From Candidatus Poribacteria bacterium (GTDB lineage: Bacteria > Poribacteria > WGA-4E > WGA-3G), in contig OZ244048.1 in assembly GCA_965215265.1 (NCBI GenBank), forward strand, positions 864,001 through 928,000: 64,000 nt of DNA. Reading direction: 5' to 3'. The translations under genes and the position numbers were made by a program. The notes below the pieces were generated by a model. That model had not been told where the DNA came from. It did not search any database and was given only the letters and a program-made list of their open reading frames with translations. Of the stretch, positions 60,927 through 64,000 are shown piece by piece (position 1 is the first letter of the stretch; each line of letters opens with the position of its first letter).

Positions 60927-62336
60927 TTATACATTCTGCCGAGGTGGCGCGTACCTCGGATGGAATGCACCTTCTCCGTACTGAGTGCCGCCAATCTTTG
61001 CGGCTTGCCCGCCGCCGGTAACGGAGCATCTAGCCCCGTCCAATTCTGGTAGGACATATCGGCTAAACCATGCGCCCATCTGCTGTCGCATGTCAGCAAT
61101 TCGTGTCTGCTGAGATTTTTCATCAATGAGGTTTTTCCGTTCACCTGAGTCATTTACCAAATCGTAGAGTTCATGGGGGCCATAAGGATAACGGTGCACG
61201 TATTTCCACTCTTGCGTCCGAATCATACGCACGGGCCCGTATTCATCGTAGATGACGATTTTTTGTTTGGCATCGTTCGTCTGTCCGGTTAGTACGGGTA
61301 CAAAACTTCTTCCGGGCGACATATCGTCATTTGGATGGGGGAGGCCGAGATAGTCCAAAAGAGTCGGCATGAAGTCGTATTGACTGACCATGGCGTTGCT
61401 AACGCGTCCCTCTGGAATTACCCCAGGGTGACTAATGATGAATGGTACTTTGACAGAGTTTTCGTACATATTCAAGGGAAAAGTGCCGTTGCCTTTATGC
61501 CAGAAGCCGTGATGTCCGCAGGAATAGCCGTTGTCACTGCTAAACACAATCAATGTTTCCTCGCGGATGCCTGTCTGCTCTAGCCGTTCTATTATGCGTC
61601 CAACATTTAGATCTAGGGCAGTTATGGCTGCGAAGTAGCCTTTCAACGACTCGCGGTTTCCCATGTGAACTGCTGCCCCCTGTACTGCCCAAGCGTGTAA
61701 AGCCTCCTGTGGGCACGTTTTAAACGGACACTCGTCGTAAGAATCAACGATATCCTGCGGATGTCCGGTAAACGGTGTGTGTGGTGCGTTGTAGTTCACA
61801 CTGAGATAGAATGGCCCATCTTGATTCGTGGAGATAAAATCCAATGCATCATCGGTAATGACATCGGTGAGGTAACCCGGTTGCTCCGCCACCTGTCCGT
61901 CCCGGATCATGTTCGCATTGTTATATTGACTCCCGCCGGTAGGGAGACAGAACCAGTGGTTAAAGCCGTGCTGTGGTGACAAGCTGTCTCCGAGGTGCCA
62001 TTTGCCGCTAAGTCCAACGGTATAGTTATTGTCAGCGAGTACATCGGTATAACAGGTTAAGCCTTCAAGGTATCGTGCTGGTTCTGGGGGCATGTTGCCA
62101 TCGCGTATCCAGTCGTGTACGCCGTGTGCTGAGGGGATACGCCCGGTCATGAGACTCGCACGTGCGGGTGAGCAGACAGGGCTTGTGCAGAAGAAATTCT
62201 CAAATCGAGTGCCCTCTGATGCCAACCGGTCGAGATTCGGCGTTCGGACCTCATCGTTGCCGCAACAACCGGCCGCCCACGGTCCCTGATCATCTGTTAA
62301 AATAAATATAACGTTGGGTTGATTTTTCGTCTCCAT
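60927..62336 (-). CDS. Formylglycine-dependent sulfatase
   Basis: PNVIFILTDD, CSPARASLMTG, GKWHLG, SDNG and ELYDL motifs. Start at METKN. Confidence 0.95.
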   Translation of the reverse strand: METKNQPNVIFILTDDQGPWAAGCCGNDEVRTPNLDRLASEGTRFENFFCTSPVCSPARASLMTGRIPSAHGVHDWIRDGNMPPEPARYLEGLTCYTDVLADNNYTVGLSGKWHLGDSLSPQHGFNHWFCLPTGGSQYNNANMIRDGQVAEQPGYLTDVITDDALDFISTNQDGPFYLSVNYNAPHTPFTGHPQDIVDSYDECPFKTCPQEALHAWAVQGAAVHMGNRESLKGYFAAITALDLNVGRIIERLEQTGIREETLIVFSSDNGYSCGHHGFWHKGNGTFPLNMYENSVKVPFIISHPGVIPEGRVSNAMVSQYDFMPTLLDYLGLPHPNDDMSPGRSFVPVLTGQTNDAKQKIVIYDEYGPVRMIRTQEWKYVHRYPYGPHELYDLVNDSGERKNLIDEKSQQTRIADMRQQMGAWFSRYVLPELDGARCSVTGGGQAAKIGGTQYGEGAFHPRYAPPRQNV

Positions 62337-62566
62337 TTTTATATATCTCCGTACCATCATTGCTTAGGTTGTGTCAAATCCGATGTAAATCTCGTCGGAG
62401 ACTCCTTAGGTATAGCCTTTAAAACTAAACATAAACGGCTCTAGCGGCAGTGGCAAAACAACACTCGCCAACAAGATCAGCCTTTAAAACTAAACATAAA
62501 CGGCTCTGGCGAGATTTGTACAGGTTTTAGCATAGCAGCAGCCTTTATGGGGCTCCAGCAGACGAA
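62337..62566. repeat. R1 inverted pair with internal 29-bp direct repeat
   Basis: A full R1 unit on + and a reverse unit ending inside the PhyH stop region. AGCCTTTAAAACTAAACATAAACGGCTCT at 62414-62442 and 62479-62507. Confidence 0.85.
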
Positions 62567-63420
62567 GAAGCTATCGGAAACGCGTTTCCGACGAGCGGTT
62601 GACCGTCTTCCACCTCAATTGTGGGAACAAGGACGTGATTCGGGGATTGTGCCTTGTTGTAACAAACGTCTTTCGCCATGAAAATCATGACGAATGCCCG
62701 ACGTTGGTGTTCGGTGGTGTTCGGTGGCGTCCCGTGAAAGTTTAAGCAGTGATGGAACATGCACTCCCCGGCTTTCAACTCCACGGGTATCCCATGAGTG
62801 ATGTCAAGGCTGCGTCTTTCATCCCAGGGGTTGGGTGGTGGTTCGCGTCCTTCCTTGCGTGCTGCGTCGGTTTCGGCGTTGAACGCGGTTCTCACTGCGA
62901 CAGAGAACCGTGCATCTTTGTGACTCTTGGGCATGACGTGCATGCATCCGCTATCTACGGTGGCATCGTCCAAGGCAAGCCAACAACTCACAATGTTAGA
63001 TGGACTGAGCGGCCAAAAGAAGAAGTCGTGATGAAAACCGAAGTGCCCATTATCGTGGGGTGGCTTAGAAATGACCTGGTCGTGCCAGAGTCGGACTTCA
63101 GGTGTATCCAGAAGTGCGCGAGCGGTCCCTGCGATTAACGGGTGATGAATCGTCTGCTCATAGTAGGTATCTCGCTTCCACATATTTACGTATTGATGAA
63201 TTGCACGCGGATGTCCTGCTCCTCTGTTGAGCCGGTTTTCACGCCGGTCGTGTCCATATTTAAATTCCGGTGACGAGTCGTCGCCGCCGTTATTAAGTTC
63301 CAATTCAACCACGGCATCTAATCCGGAGCGCATCGCTTCAACGCCGTCGCCATCTAAAACTCTTCCAAACTTGAGATAGCCGTTTTCCTGAAAAAAATCG
63401 ATTTGTGCTTGTGTTACCAT
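62545..63420 (-). CDS. Phytanoyl-CoA dioxygenase (PhyH) family protein
   Basis: FQENGYL, HHDFFFW, CWLALDDAT.DSGCM..MPKSH, AGECMFHH..FHG and RRA motifs. Confidence 0.9.
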   Translation of the reverse strand: MVTQAQIDFFQENGYLKFGRVLDGDGVEAMRSGLDAVVELELNNGGDDSSPEFKYGHDRRENRLNRGAGHPRAIHQYVNMWKRDTYYEQTIHHPLIAGTARALLDTPEVRLWHDQVISKPPHDNGHFGFHHDFFFWPLSPSNIVSCWLALDDATVDSGCMHVMPKSHKDARFSVAVRTAFNAETDAARKEGREPPPNPWDERRSLDITHGIPVELKAGECMFHHCLNFHGTPPNTTEHQRRAFVMIFMAKDVCYNKAQSPNHVLVPTIEVEDGQPLVGNAFPIASSSAGAP

Positions 63421-63566
63421 TTTTATATATCTCCGTTTTCTTGTATATTTCAGTCCGTTAAAGGCTGCTGCTTTGATAAGTCCCTTAGAAATCTCGTTTT
63501 TTCGTATATCTCCGTACCATCATCGCCCAATGGGTGGCAGCCTTTAATGGGCTCCTGTATACAAAG
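63421..63566. repeat. R1 cluster (3 nested units on +, 1 inverted) with R2 fragment
   Basis: TTTTATATATCTCCGT|TTTCTTGTATATTTCAG...AAATCTCGT|TTTTTCGTATATCTCCGTACCATC, CCCAATGGGTGGCAG, and GGGCTCCTGTATACAAA. Confidence 0.85.
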
Positions 63567-63570
63567 AACA

Positions 63571-64000
63571 TTAGATTGGAAATTGGTGACTTCCTGCAGT
63601 TAATCCGCCATCAATGACAAAAACAGCGCCTGTGGCAAAGCTCGCTTCATCAGAGGCGAGGAAAAGTGCGGCGTTGGCGATATCAACCGGTTTGCCAATC
63701 CGTCCCAATGGGTACCACGGCGTGATTTCTTCCAAGATGTGCGGATTGCGTTTCAGCATCGGTTCCCAGACTTCGGTTTGCACGGTGCCAGGGCAGATAC
63801 AATTAACGCGGATGTTATCTTTGCCGTGCGACACAGCCATTGAGCGTGTTAAGGCAATAACCCCGCCTTTCGCAGCAGAGTAGGCATGAATTCCTTGCAA
63901 TCCGATCAGCCCATTAACAGAGGCGATATTGATAATGCTCCCACCGCTATGTTGTTGCATCACGGGGATAACTGCCTCAGAACAGTGGTTGGTCCCTTGA
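63571..64000 (-). CDS. SDR family oxidoreductase (partial, start outside window)
   Basis: GSIINIAS, YSAAKGG, IRVNCICPG and IDGGLTA motifs. Confidence 0.9.
   Translation of the reverse strand, partial: QGTNHCSEAVIPVMQQHSGGSIINIASVNGLIGLQGIHAYSAAKGGVIALTRSMAVSHGKDNIRVNCICPGTVQTEVWEPMLKRNPHILEEITPWYPLGRIGKPVDIANAALFLASDEASFATGAVFVIDGGLTAGSHQFPI

Overview
A bacterial chromosomal window of about 55 genes. The gene mix suggests Candidatus Poribacteria (inference only): DUF1501, sulfatase, two PhyH dioxygenases, SDRs, TPR proteins and an archaeal-type pantoate kinase. Most genes are housekeeping or catabolic (gmk, coaBC, rsmA, rsmD, nfi, mazG, tgt, PPi-type PFK). Two things stand out. (1) About 30 full or partial copies of a degenerate 60-85 bp non-coding element (here R1) lie in 12 clusters. 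R1 has conserved ends at near-fixed spacing, a variable core with apparent compensatory pairing, and a T/A run at one end. It nests into its own copies at a defined junction and supplies ribosome-binding sites and stop codons to host genes. It is intermixed with a REP-like hairpin family (R2) that also sits in frame inside coding sequences. (2) A ~9.7 kb variable island is bounded by duplicated sequence from the 3' end of a vWA gene and the 5' region of a lipoprotein gene. It carries a TPR gene, two promoter+leader+gene cassettes that differ mainly at the N-terminus, a 1606-aa Type ISP restriction-modification enzyme and a methyltransferase remnant. I recognised no tRNA, rRNA, CRISPR array, integrase, transposase or reverse transcriptase. 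All calls come from reading motifs by eye; no database searches were run.
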